The notes beneath the pieces are model-generated. The model saw nothing but the letters and a program-made list of their open reading frames with translations, was not told the origin of the DNA and did not search any database. The translations under genes were made by a program, and so were the position numbers. DNA of 64,000 nucleotides from Candidatus Zhuqueibacterota bacterium (lineage in GTDB: Bacteria > Zhuqueibacterota > Zhuqueibacteria > Thermofontimicrobiales > Thermofontimicrobiaceae). The stretch spans positions 32,001 to 96,000 of the forward strand of contig JBMOPW010000004.1 of assembly GCA_049322915.1 (NCBI GenBank), in the 5' to 3' direction. Below are positions 9,097-17,933 of this stretch, piece by piece (position 1 is the stretch's first letter; every line of letters begins with the position of its first letter).

Positions 9097-10548
9097 TTAT
9101 TTTCCCTGAGCTTTTAATTCCATTTGCTTGAGGAACATTGCCCGTGACGTTCCGTACTCAGCGTATCCACGCCAGTTTTTCCGACGCTCTCTGCGCTCGG
9201 CTAATTTTTTGAGTGAATTAATATTATCCTGCATAAGAAGCAGATTATCTTTTTCACCTAACAGATTCTTTATCAGTTGCTCTCTGAAATCTCTCAGTTC
9301 TTTTTTCTCTTCGATCAAATAATGAGGCACATTCTCGCCGTACCCATTCATTGCGATGGCGTCTAACAGTTTGGTCTCCTCGATCAGGACTTTCACTTTG
9401 AGTTTTTCGACTCGATCTTCTTCGATTTCCAGACCGCTGTTTACCTTCTTGATGATATTGGGCACTTGAAAATCGTCCGGGTAATTTTCGACAATCGTTT
9501 GATACGATGTTATGGCTTCATCATATTGTCCCAGAGCAATGTTCGCCTGGCCCAAAAGAAAGTAGGCTTCTTCAGCATTTTCACTATCCGGGTACAGCTC
9601 GATCAATTTTTCCAGATATTTGATAACGTTCTCGTTGTCCTCTACTTTGAGATAGCACCAGCCTAAACCCAACAGAGCGTCCTGGTAATGTTCATGCCTG
9701 TCGGAAATCCCTAAGAATAATTTTGTGGCTGGCTTGAATGCGTTCAATTCATAATACATGAATCCCAATGTCAACCGGGCATTATCAATAATATTCCGTC
9801 TTTCCCCGCTGATGTTTGGCAGAACGATGATTTTGCGCAAATAGTCAATCGCAACAGAGACGTTTGATTTCTTCAAATATGCCAGAGCTGTGTTATACAG
9901 CGCCGCATCATAGTAGCTACTATGGCTATCAATTTTCTTGAGCAAGCTGATTGCCATATCATAATTTTTCAGATTGAAGTGACTCTGGCCGGCAAAATAG
10001 CTGGCCGCGTTAAGTAATTCTTTATCTTCGGGTGTTCTTTTTACCAGTGCAAAATAAACGCGCAGCGCCTGTTTATAGTCACTCTGATGAAAATAGGCTT
10101 TTTCCAGTCCAAGTAATGCCGCCGGAACCATGGGGCTCTTGGGAAATTTCTTGAGGAGATAGGCAAACATACGAGTGGATGCCACACCCAATTCCTCTTC
10201 AAAAAGACACTGACCCAGGTAATAAACCACTTCATCCAGTTTTTCATACGACGAATGGTAATCCATCAGGATTATCAGCTCGCGGGCGCAATCCCAGTAC
10301 GCGCCCTCTTTATAAAGCTCAATGCTGCTGCGAAGAATCTGATTTGCGGCATGCTCAATTTCCTTATCAATCTTCTTTTCGCTGTGTGATGGGTTTGGAT
10401 CTTGTGTGTCTGAAGCAAAATTCGTTCCTGAACTATGCGCCAGGACAGCTATATTAAATACGAATATTATGTTTAATGCATACACACTAACTCTTAAATA
10501 TTTTAATGTTTTGGGCATCTTCATGAGGGGCAAAAACCTGGTTGTCAT
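9097..10548 (-). CDS. exported TPR protein, GltC-like
   Basis: TPRs including NARLTLGFMYYEL...ALLGLGWCYL; C-terminal coiled coil; start codon uncertain (alternative Met codons nearby). Confidence 0.75.
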   Translation of the reverse strand: MTTRFLPLMKMPKTLKYLRVSVYALNIIFVFNIAVLAHSSGTNFASDTQDPNPSHSEKKIDKEIEHAANQILRSSIELYKEGAYWDCARELIILMDYHSSYEKLDEVVYYLGQCLFEEELGVASTRMFAYLLKKFPKSPMVPAALLGLEKAYFHQSDYKQALRVYFALVKRTPEDKELLNAASYFAGQSHFNLKNYDMAISLLKKIDSHSSYYDAALYNTALAYLKKSNVSVAIDYLRKIIVLPNISGERRNIIDNARLTLGFMYYELNAFKPATKLFLGISDRHEHYQDALLGLGWCYLKVEDNENVIKYLEKLIELYPDSENAEEAYFLLGQANIALGQYDEAITSYQTIVENYPDDFQVPNIIKKVNSGLEIEEDRVEKLKVKVLIEETKLLDAIAMNGYGENVPHYLIEEKKELRDFREQLIKNLLGEKDNLLLMQDNINSLKKLAERRERRKNWRGYAEYGTSRAMFLKQMELKAQGK

Positions 10549-10550
10549 TG

Positions 10551-11585
10551 TTACTTCTTCTCTTCTTGTTTTTTATCGAGAATATTTTTCATATTCTTGA
10601 GATCTTCATTTGCTTTTTCACGGCGCTTCCGAATTTCCTCCAGCTTCTCCAACTCTTCTTTTTGTTTCTGGCGTTCAAGCTTGGATGTCTTGTCAAAATA
10701 TTTGAAGACAGAAAATCGATGGGTCACCCCAACAGCGACTTTCCACGTGAAATATTCTTTATGAAACACGTCTTGATTTTTCAGAGAATCATAATCTGTG
10801 AAAGCAAAATCAAAGGCAATGTCAATTGTATTTTTCCATGGTCCCAAAAATTTTACACCTGGAGTAATTCGCATGGAATTTTGATTGAATGGCACGAGAT
10901 CGGAATTGTTAGTGAATATTTCCCCGGAGTATTCTGTATAAAATTGGAGTGAGCGAATCGAAAATTTGAAGCCCGAACCAATGAACAACTGGTCAATGTC
11001 CGCTTGAAAATAACGATCATAAATGCTATGATCGATGTAGCCAACATTGAAATTCCACATGAGCGGAAAATTAGGGAATAGTTTGATGAAATCGAGCGAC
11101 AACAGAGCTCGTAACTCCCATGCAGGTTTCGATGAGGAAAAAATTTCGTACGGAACGTTGGGAACTTCGGCCGTCGGAAATTTGTAATAGCCCATTAAAC
11201 CCAGTTTAAAACCGTCTGTAGACAAGGGAGTCAAATATTTTAAACCGAGTTTTGTGTCGCCAATTCGTCCTAAAATATGGTACTGATCATCCTGATAAGG
11301 CACGAAATTGGCGATGAGCTCCAGATAGTGGGCTAATCCCACGGTTGCATGTAAATTGACCGCATAATATTTAGCCAACTGCTCCGGCCCTGTCTGCTCA
11401 AAGAAAGTAGAAATATTAGCTCCTACAAATATATCGGTCGGATTGACCGGCTCGGCTGATAATACTCTCCATAATCCCTTTCCCCCGAACATTGAGACTT
11501 GAGAATATACTTTTTCTGAGAAACTGAAAAATACCAATGCGATGATAAAGATGATGAAAGTATTTCTCTTCAATGCGCTACCCAT
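10551..11585 (-). CDS. exported protein, probable outer-membrane beta-barrel with charged C-terminal coiled coil
   Basis: Signal peptide; alternating aromatic strands (IGDTKLGLKY, NFNVGYI, FIGSGFKFS, MRITPGVKF); K/E-rich tail. Confidence 0.65.
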   Translation of the reverse strand: MGSALKRNTFIIFIIALVFFSFSEKVYSQVSMFGGKGLWRVLSAEPVNPTDIFVGANISTFFEQTGPEQLAKYYAVNLHATVGLAHYLELIANFVPYQDDQYHILGRIGDTKLGLKYLTPLSTDGFKLGLMGYYKFPTAEVPNVPYEIFSSSKPAWELRALLSLDFIKLFPNFPLMWNFNVGYIDHSIYDRYFQADIDQLFIGSGFKFSIRSLQFYTEYSGEIFTNNSDLVPFNQNSMRITPGVKFLGPWKNTIDIAFDFAFTDYDSLKNQDVFHKEYFTWKVAVGVTHRFSVFKYFDKTSKLERQKQKEELEKLEEIRKRREKANEDLKNMKNILDKKQEEKK

Positions 11586-12260
11586 GATTAAATTAAATTG
11601 ATTTTGAACCTATGATGAATTAAATAAAAATTTTAAAGGAAGTAAACAATCGAAATTTAATATAAATGACCTTTAATTGCAAGGACATTTTTAGTAATTA
11701 ATTCTTAAAAATGTTTAAATTAACTAATATGGTAATTTACAAAAAATTAACAATATAGATTTTAGGATTAAAAATGGTTAGCCTCCAGCTTGCAAGAGAA
11801 AATTGTGGCCATATTCAGTATCCTGTTTTTTGATCATATTGTTTAATTTATGGTTAAGAATGAGTTAGATATTTTTTCAAAATTAATGTATTGTTAATCA
11901 ATTATTATGCCACAAAAAATATACAAGGCTTTTTTTTGCAATACTTGTATTTCTTTGAAATTTAAAGAATTGGTGATGAAGTAAATGTTACAGGAAAAAT
12001 TCATTTCTCAGGCCGCCAGAGAGGTACTGCTTCAAATTGATACAATCAGGAGAGGTTGTCTTGATTTGATTAAAAATTTTCAAATTAGTAATTGCGTGAG
12101 TGCCTGTAATGTTTTAAATTATCTTTCACTGCGAATGAGTTTTTCATACCCATTTCATTCTGATATATAAAGTACATAAATGTAATTTCGTCGACAGGCA
12201 TTGTCCGAACTCGAAAGAAATGTGAATGGGTAGTTTATTGAAAAAAACTTCAGAAGTTAT

Positions 12261-12289
12261 GCAAACCATTTTTCGATTGTTGTGTCTAA
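12261..12289 (+). promoter_or_regulatory. ECF-type promoter GCAAAC-N16-TGTCTAA (probable autoregulation)
   Basis: AAC and GTC elements with ECF spacing, 24 nt upstream of the ECF sigma gene. Confidence 0.5.
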
Positions 12290-12313
12290 CTATTCGGATT
12301 CAAGGAATGACGG

Positions 12314-12889
12314 ATGGAGAAGAGCGAAAAACTGTTAATTCTGAAAGCACAGCGCGGTAGCCAGAGCGCGTTCGAATCGCTGGTAGCCAATTATGATGCT
12401 CGAGTACTGGGCTTAATCTATTCCATGTTGAATAATTGGGAAGATGCACGCGACGTGTACCAGGATGTGTTTTTAAAAGTCTTCAAGTCCATAGGTAATT
12501 TTCGATTTCAGAGTGAGTTTTACACCTGGCTCTACCGAATTGTTGTGAATGAGTGCATCAATTACAGAAGAAAGAGATCACAAAAAATGCACGATTCTAT
12601 CGATGATGTGGTGGAACAGATGGAGAGTGATTTGAAATTCGTGCATGATGAAGTAATTTCCAATCCGGAGCGGAACATGCTCGAAAAAGAATTACAACGC
12701 GAAATCAGTCAGGGCATTGAACATTTGTCGCCGAAACAAAAAGCCGTGTTTACATTGCGGCATTACCACGGTTATAAATTGTCAGAGATCGCTGAGATTA
12801 TGAACTGCTCTGAAGGGACGATAAAAAATTACCTGTTCCGGGCCCTTCAAAAGATGAAGGAACAGTTGCGTGACTATTATCAAAATTGA
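12314..12889 (+). CDS. ECF RNA polymerase sigma factor
   Basis: DARDVYQDVFLKVF...FYTWLYRIVVN (region 2); LSPKQKAVFTLR..GYKLSEIAEIMNCSEGTIKNYLFRA (region 4). Confidence 0.96.
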   Translation: MEKSEKLLILKAQRGSQSAFESLVANYDARVLGLIYSMLNNWEDARDVYQDVFLKVFKSIGNFRFQSEFYTWLYRIVVNECINYRRKRSQKMHDSIDDVVEQMESDLKFVHDEVISNPERNMLEKELQREISQGIEHLSPKQKAVFTLRHYHGYKLSEIAEIMNCSEGTIKNYLFRALQKMKEQLRDYYQN

Positions 12890-12899
12890 ATGGTGAATC

Positions 12900-13847
12900 A
12901 TGAAGAGCTGCAAACATTTCAGGAATATGATATGGCTCAGGATATATGGGGAGCTTTCCGAGCAGGAGAATGCTGAACTCGCTGAGCACATTGCGCAGTG
13001 CACCTCATGCCAGTTGGATTATGAAGAAGCGCTGAGTATGAACAAGGTTTTGGATAAGAAAATCCAGTACGCCCCGGATGAAAATGTGCTGAAAGAATTG
13101 CGGAATGATCTCCATTTACGGCTATTGTCGGTCAGGAAGCCGAACCGACAGATCGCCTGGACTGAACGACTCTGGCGCATTATTTCACTTGATTTTTCGC
13201 CCTTCATTAGAATGGGAACGGCTGTTGCTTTAGTGATCGTTGGAATGTTCATCGGCAGCAAGTATTTTCAGATGAAAGGTGGCAGTCCTGATGCGCTAAA
13301 AAAAGTATCGGATAATTCAATCCCGAAAGTGACCGGCGTTGAATTCATAGATTTTAATCCGGCGACACATCAGATTGAAATCACCTTCAATACGATGCAG
13401 GATGTCACTGTGGAAGGTGATCTGAATACGCCCGAGATTCAGAAAATATTAGCTCAGATGCTGATGGCTGACAATAGGCCAAATTTCAAGCTACGGACAG
13501 TGAGGGCGCTGGAGAGCAGCGCGCGCCTGGAAAATGATGTGCTTCAGGCTCTGGCGACGCTCGTTGAGACAGATGAGAATCCGGGCATTCGCTTGAAAGC
13601 GATGAAAGTGCTGACGGCCGCGCCCGTAACGCCCAAGATGAAAAATCTAATGACAAAAGTAGCCGTCAAAGTGTTGTTAAATGATACCAATTCCGCAATG
13701 CGAATAGAAGCGTTCAATTACCTCGGCAGGATCAATAACGGTTACATGGAATCTGATGTGTGCCATGCAGTAAAAGCAGATTCGTCCGAGTATATCCGAA
13801 CCAAATCATCGCATCTTTTGGATCGAAGAGAAAATCCACAATTTTAA
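12900..13847 (+). CDS. zinc-binding anti-sigma factor with TM and periplasmic HEAT-like repeats
   Basis: HxxxCxxC (HIAQCTSC); TM AVALVIVGMFIG; repeats DNRPNFKLRTV, DENPGIRLKAM, DTNSAMRIEAF. Confidence 0.88.
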   Translation: MKSCKHFRNMIWLRIYGELSEQENAELAEHIAQCTSCQLDYEEALSMNKVLDKKIQYAPDENVLKELRNDLHLRLLSVRKPNRQIAWTERLWRIISLDFSPFIRMGTAVALVIVGMFIGSKYFQMKGGSPDALKKVSDNSIPKVTGVEFIDFNPATHQIEITFNTMQDVTVEGDLNTPEIQKILAQMLMADNRPNFKLRTVRALESSARLENDVLQALATLVETDENPGIRLKAMKVLTAAPVTPKMKNLMTKVAVKVLLNDTNSAMRIEAFNYLGRINNGYMESDVCHAVKADSSEYIRTKSSHLLDRRENPQF

Positions 13848-13887
13848 TAAACCACATGTTACATAAATCGAATTGGAGGAACAAACC

Positions 13888-15150
13888 ATGAGAAACAAAT
13901 TCATTATCGTGCTGTTGCTTGGATTTCTTCTGCCCGTCTTAGTGGTCGCGCAGGAATTGAAGAAGGAAGATAAATACTATGTGGCTGATATCACAAAGGA
14001 ATTCGATGTCTCCGGAGGCGGGAATCTCATCATGGAGAAAATTCGCGGCGATGTCTATGTGACCACCTGGGACAACGCAAAAGTGAAGATCCACGAAATC
14101 CGAAAAATGGATGTGTACACGAAAGAGGAGGCCAACGCGCTGTTAAAAGAAAGCGCCACAATTTACAAACAAGAAGGCAATACCATTAAAATTGGAACAG
14201 GGAATGAATACCGGTCATACATGCAAAGTCGCTTTGAAATCACCCTGCCGAGGGAATTCAATGTCACAATCGGCACAAGTGGAGGTGATATTTCGGTGTC
14301 TGATTTGCGCGGGAAAGTGATCCTGAAAACCTCGGGTGGCGACATTGAGCTGCTGGCAATCGATGGTGAGGTCGAGGCTACTACGTCCGGTGGCGACGTG
14401 ACTGTAAAAAAGAATACACAAATGGTAACGATCAAAACATCCGGCGGTGACATTGAGATTATCGACGTCGAAGGAGCGGTTGAAGCCCATACATCCGGCG
14501 GCGATATTGTCGTCAAGAATAACAAGGCCATTGTCAATGTCGCCACGTCCGGTGGGGATATTGAGCTATTTGATGTCGGTGAAAAAATTTCAGCTCGCAC
14601 GTCCGGTGGAGATATTCTGGTTGATGGGACCAAAGGCAGCCTGAATGTTTCAACTTCTGGCGGTGACGTCACACTAAAAAATATTGGTGATGTGATAGAT
14701 GCTGGCACGTCCGGCGGAGATATTGAAGCGGATAATGTGAAAAACGGTATCAGTGCAAAGACTTCCGGCGGTGATATTAGCCTGGTTAATATTCAGGGAT
14801 ATATTGAAGCACAGACATCCGGCGGCGATGTGGATGCCGAGATGCAGTTGACTGATTTTTCGAAAGATCATCATGTGGAAATTGGCTCTTCCGGAGGTGA
14901 TATCACGCTGTATATTCCTGAAAATCTTCCGGCTACCATCAATGCGGAAATCAAACTCAGCGATTCATCCATGCGCGATTACAATATCTATTCAGACTTC
15001 TCCATAAAAATCGAAAAAAGCGATGATACTGAAAAGGGAAATCGGCGTCGCAATGAAGTGATTCATGGACAGGGTAAAATCAACGGCGGCGGCGATTTAA
15101 TCCAATTGACTACTTCCAATGGAAATATTAACATCAAAAAATTGAGATAA
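13888..15150 (+). CDS. exported DUF4097-type beta-strand repeat protein
   Basis: SD GGAGGA before ATG 13888; signal peptide; 12 (T/S)SGGD(I/V) repeats; ends INGGG..I.L.TSNGNI.I. Confidence 0.88.
   Translation: MRNKFIIVLLLGFLLPVLVVAQELKKEDKYYVADITKEFDVSGGGNLIMEKIRGDVYVTTWDNAKVKIHEIRKMDVYTKEEANALLKESATIYKQEGNTIKIGTGNEYRSYMQSRFEITLPREFNVTIGTSGGDISVSDLRGKVILKTSGGDIELLAIDGEVEATTSGGDVTVKKNTQMVTIKTSGGDIEIIDVEGAVEAHTSGGDIVVKNNKAIVNVATSGGDIELFDVGEKISARTSGGDILVDGTKGSLNVSTSGGDVTLKNIGDVIDAGTSGGDIEADNVKNGISAKTSGGDISLVNIQGYIEAQTSGGDVDAEMQLTDFSKDHHVEIGSSGGDITLYIPENLPATINAEIKLSDSSMRDYNIYSDFSIKIEKSDDTEKGNRRRNEVIHGQGKINGGGDLIQLTTSNGNINIKKLR
14275..14904 (+). repeat. intragenic coding repeats, about 19 aa period (TSGGD)
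   Basis: In-frame, synonymously diverged repeats inside the DUF4097-like gene. Confidence 0.85.
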
Positions 15151-15178
15151 TTCGAACCGTACTTTTGATGTCCACCTG

Positions 15179-15212
15179 AAAGGGAGATATGGAATCCATA
15201 CCTCCCTTTTTT
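15179..15212 (+). terminator. intrinsic terminator
   Basis: AAAGGGAG-ATATGGA...TCCATAC-CTCCCTTT followed by a T run. Confidence 0.8.
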
Positions 15213-15218
15213 AATGGC

Positions 15219-15247
15219 TTGACTCATAATAGTTTTTTCGCTATATT
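15219..15247 (+). promoter_or_regulatory. sigma70-type promoter TTGACT-N17-TATATT
   Basis: Near-consensus -35 and 17-nt spacer, immediately after the terminator and upstream of the epimerase gene. Confidence 0.65.
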
Positions 15248-15322
15248 ATCACCGTGAAAATCATCCGGCAGAGTAGGGGGACAATATAGCTGGAGTTCAA
15301 TTTTTTGTATGAGGTAGCACCG

Positions 15323-16273
15323 ATGAACGATGTGCAACGTGTCATTGTAACCGGGGGTTCTGGCTTTATTGGGAGAATGTTGTGTCAAGCGCTGATTGAA
15401 AAGAATTATGAAGTCATTGTCCTGACGCGCTCTGAGCAAAATACTCAGCAAAGATTGGGGGACCGGGTCCGCGTGCGACAATGGGATGGCGCATCGCCAG
15501 AGCCGGTAGCTGATTTGCTCCATAAGCAAGTGGCGATCATAAATCTGATTGGCGAGAATATTGGTTCCGGCCGGTGGAGCGCTGCGAAGTTGAAACGAAT
15601 CATCGACAGCCGCGTGTCTGCCGGAAAGGCCATCACCGAGGCCATCCGCGAAAGCAATCGAAAACCGGCAGTCCTGGTGCAGGCTTCGGGCATCGGATAT
15701 TATGGCAATCAGGGCGATATTTTACTGAACGAGAATTCGCCATCGAAACCATCGACGCTGACAGATATCGCCACGCAATGGGAACAGTCTGTGGCGGCGA
15801 TCCCGGGCATGGGAGTCCGCTTGGCCATTTTCCGGCTTGGCGTTGTTCTGGCCGGGCATGGAGGATTTTTGTCCCGGGTGATGTTGCCATTCAAGTTCTT
15901 CCTGGGAGGTCATCAGGGAAGCGGAGAGCAGTGGATTTCATGGATTCATCTGAATGATGTGGTTCAGGGGATTTTGTACCTGTTGGAAGACCCGAAGCTC
16001 AGCGGCATTTTCAACCTCACGTCGAATTCGCCGGTCAAAGCCAGGGAATTTTATCGCGTACTGGGCGAGGCGATGAATCGGCCTTCCTGGCTGCACGTCC
16101 CTGGATTTGCCATGCGCCTGCTGTTGGGAAAAATGGCCGACGAGCTGATACTCACAGGTCAGCGAGCGGTTCCGAAGCGTATGCTCGAAGCCGGATTTCA
16201 GTTTGAATTCGGGGATTTGAAACAGGCTCTGACGCATGTGCTGAGTCCCGCAGACTCGGTCAAACCAAGGTGA
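15323..16273 (+). CDS. TIGR01777/YfcH-like NAD-dependent epimerase family protein
   Basis: VTGGSGFIG; INLIGENIG..RW; QASGIGYYG; GSGEQWISWIH..D; SD GAGG before ATG 15323. Confidence 0.93.
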   Translation: MNDVQRVIVTGGSGFIGRMLCQALIEKNYEVIVLTRSEQNTQQRLGDRVRVRQWDGASPEPVADLLHKQVAIINLIGENIGSGRWSAAKLKRIIDSRVSAGKAITEAIRESNRKPAVLVQASGIGYYGNQGDILLNENSPSKPSTLTDIATQWEQSVAAIPGMGVRLAIFRLGVVLAGHGGFLSRVMLPFKFFLGGHQGSGEQWISWIHLNDVVQGILYLLEDPKLSGIFNLTSNSPVKAREFYRVLGEAMNRPSWLHVPGFAMRLLLGKMADELILTGQRAVPKRMLEAGFQFEFGDLKQALTHVLSPADSVKPR

Positions 16274-16289
16274 TTGCAGCGATACGTAT

Positions 16290-17642
16290 ATGAATGTCCC
16301 ATCGATCCGCATTTTTCATAATTCAGCAGAATTAAAAACGTTTATTGCCCGCAGTTGGTCCGTAAGCTGGCCCATAACGCTCATCATGTTTTTCGAGTTT
16401 TTGATCAACCTGACAGATGTTTTCATCGCCGGGAAAATCGGGAAAGAGGTTCAGGCCGCGTACGGCTTTGTCACGCAGATCTATTTCATCTTCACTGTGA
16501 TTGGCAATGCGCTGACTGTGGGAACCGTGTCGGTGATCTCCCGGCTTTGTACAACAACGGAAGAGAAGCTATTCGCCGACTCCATTGTGTCTTCAGTGGC
16601 GGCTTCCCTGTTTGCCGGGATATTATTGGGCGCGACCGGGATTGTATTCACGCCCGTGCTGTTTCAAATGCTCAATGTGCCGAATGCGATAAAAGAATAC
16701 GGACAGCCATTGGCGGTTATCTACGCCAGCGCGTTGATTTTTCATTATCTGCTCATCAGCACGAATGGAATTTTACGATCGTGCAAAGGGATAAAAAAAT
16801 CGCTGCGCACCATGGCGATTGTCTGTCTGCTGAATGTGGGGCTCAATTTTCTGCTGGTGTTTCACACGTCCCTCGGGTACAAAGGAATCGCTCTGTCAAC
16901 GGCTATCAGCGTTCTCATTGGAAGTCTGTTGAATTTATGGATTGTCCGATCGTTTTTCAACTCGCTCAGGCAAGTCACCTGGTCCATTGTAAAAAAAATC
17001 ACTTCAATTGGCTGGCCATCCGGTTTGCTTCAGATAATCTGGCAGCTTGCCTCGATGGTGCTGTTCATTATTCTGAGCGCCCTGCCGGAAAATAATATTG
17101 AAATCATCGCCGCGTTCACCAATGGTTTGAGAATTGAGGCCGCGATCTTTTTGCCGGCGTTCGCGTTCAACATGGCCAATGCCGTCATTGTGGGAAATGT
17201 TCTGGGGGAACGAAGGAAGGAAGATGCATTTCGGGCTGGCCTGACGACCGCTTCCCTGGGAGTGCTGCTGATCATTTTTCTCTCGGTCGTGGTGCTTTTC
17301 AACGCAAAAGGCATCGTGACACTCTTGTCGAACAACGAAATTGTCGTTCGGGAAAGCGTCCGTTATTTATATATCTGCTTGATTTGCGAACCCATCATGG
17401 CCTGGGGAGTGATTCTTGGGGGCGCGTTGAACGGAGCGGGTGATACGCGGAGCATGATGAAAATAGTCGCTCTCAGTGTCTGGCTCGTTCGGATCCCATT
17501 CGCCTATGTGCTGGGCGTTGTGGCGGATTGGGGCGTCACCGCGATCTGGTGGTCGATGAATGCGTCTCTCATTGCGCAGGCGTTTTTCATCACCCGAAGA
17601 TTTTATCTGCGAAAATGGCTTCCCGGCGATAGCGAAAATTAA
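16290..17642 (+). CDS. MATE family efflux transporter
   Basis: About 12 TMs; D.F.AGKIG; LNVGLN.LL..GYKGIALST; GALNGAGDTR. Confidence 0.92.
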   Translation: MNVPSIRIFHNSAELKTFIARSWSVSWPITLIMFFEFLINLTDVFIAGKIGKEVQAAYGFVTQIYFIFTVIGNALTVGTVSVISRLCTTTEEKLFADSIVSSVAASLFAGILLGATGIVFTPVLFQMLNVPNAIKEYGQPLAVIYASALIFHYLLISTNGILRSCKGIKKSLRTMAIVCLLNVGLNFLLVFHTSLGYKGIALSTAISVLIGSLLNLWIVRSFFNSLRQVTWSIVKKITSIGWPSGLLQIIWQLASMVLFIILSALPENNIEIIAAFTNGLRIEAAIFLPAFAFNMANAVIVGNVLGERRKEDAFRAGLTTASLGVLLIIFLSVVVLFNAKGIVTLLSNNEIVVRESVRYLYICLICEPIMAWGVILGGALNGAGDTRSMMKIVALSVWLVRIPFAYVLGVVADWGVTAIWWSMNASLIAQAFFITRRFYLRKWLPGDSEN

Positions 17643-17717
17643 ATTTGATTCCTCAATGAACTACCGATAGCTTTGCCACGCTCTTTCTACCTGACACTTT
17701 TTTAATAGTTGGGCCTG

Positions 17718-17883
17718 ATATGTCATCCCTATGGAATTTTAATTTATTTTGCTGTATTTCTATAAACATTTCATCCCTAACGGGATTATTCAACTGGATG
17801 TTATATTGAAATAACCGCGTAGCGGTGAGATGTTTGTAGAAAAGGATCGATCTATTCCCTTTTAATCCCGCAGGGATGATATA
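17718..17883. repeat. cluster of four REP-like palindromic units in inverted arrangement
   Basis: TTTCTATAAACATTTCATCCCTAACGGGATT (17757-17787) vs reverse complement of 17813-17842 TTTCTACAAACATCTCACCGCTACGCGGTT; outer pair 17718-17738 and 17864-17883 share the TCATCCCT core. Confidence 0.7.
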
Positions 17884-17933
17884 AAAATGATAAATGAAAA
17901 AGAGTCCGGTAGCAAAGCCACGCTAATCAAATT

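Noticed and set aside
11897..11912. sigma54-like TGGCATAATAATTGAT on the minus strand upstream of the Glt-like operon
   Set aside because: The -12 element is GA rather than GC, it is about 310 bp from the start codon, and the region is very AT-rich; too weak to call.
11985..12170. 61-aa ORF in the AT-rich spacer
   Set aside because: No convincing SD or recognisable motif; likely chance.
14275..14904. Regular ~57-nt DNA repeats as a possible CRISPR array
   Set aside because: They are in-frame TSGGD coding repeats with synonymous variation; no cas genes are present.
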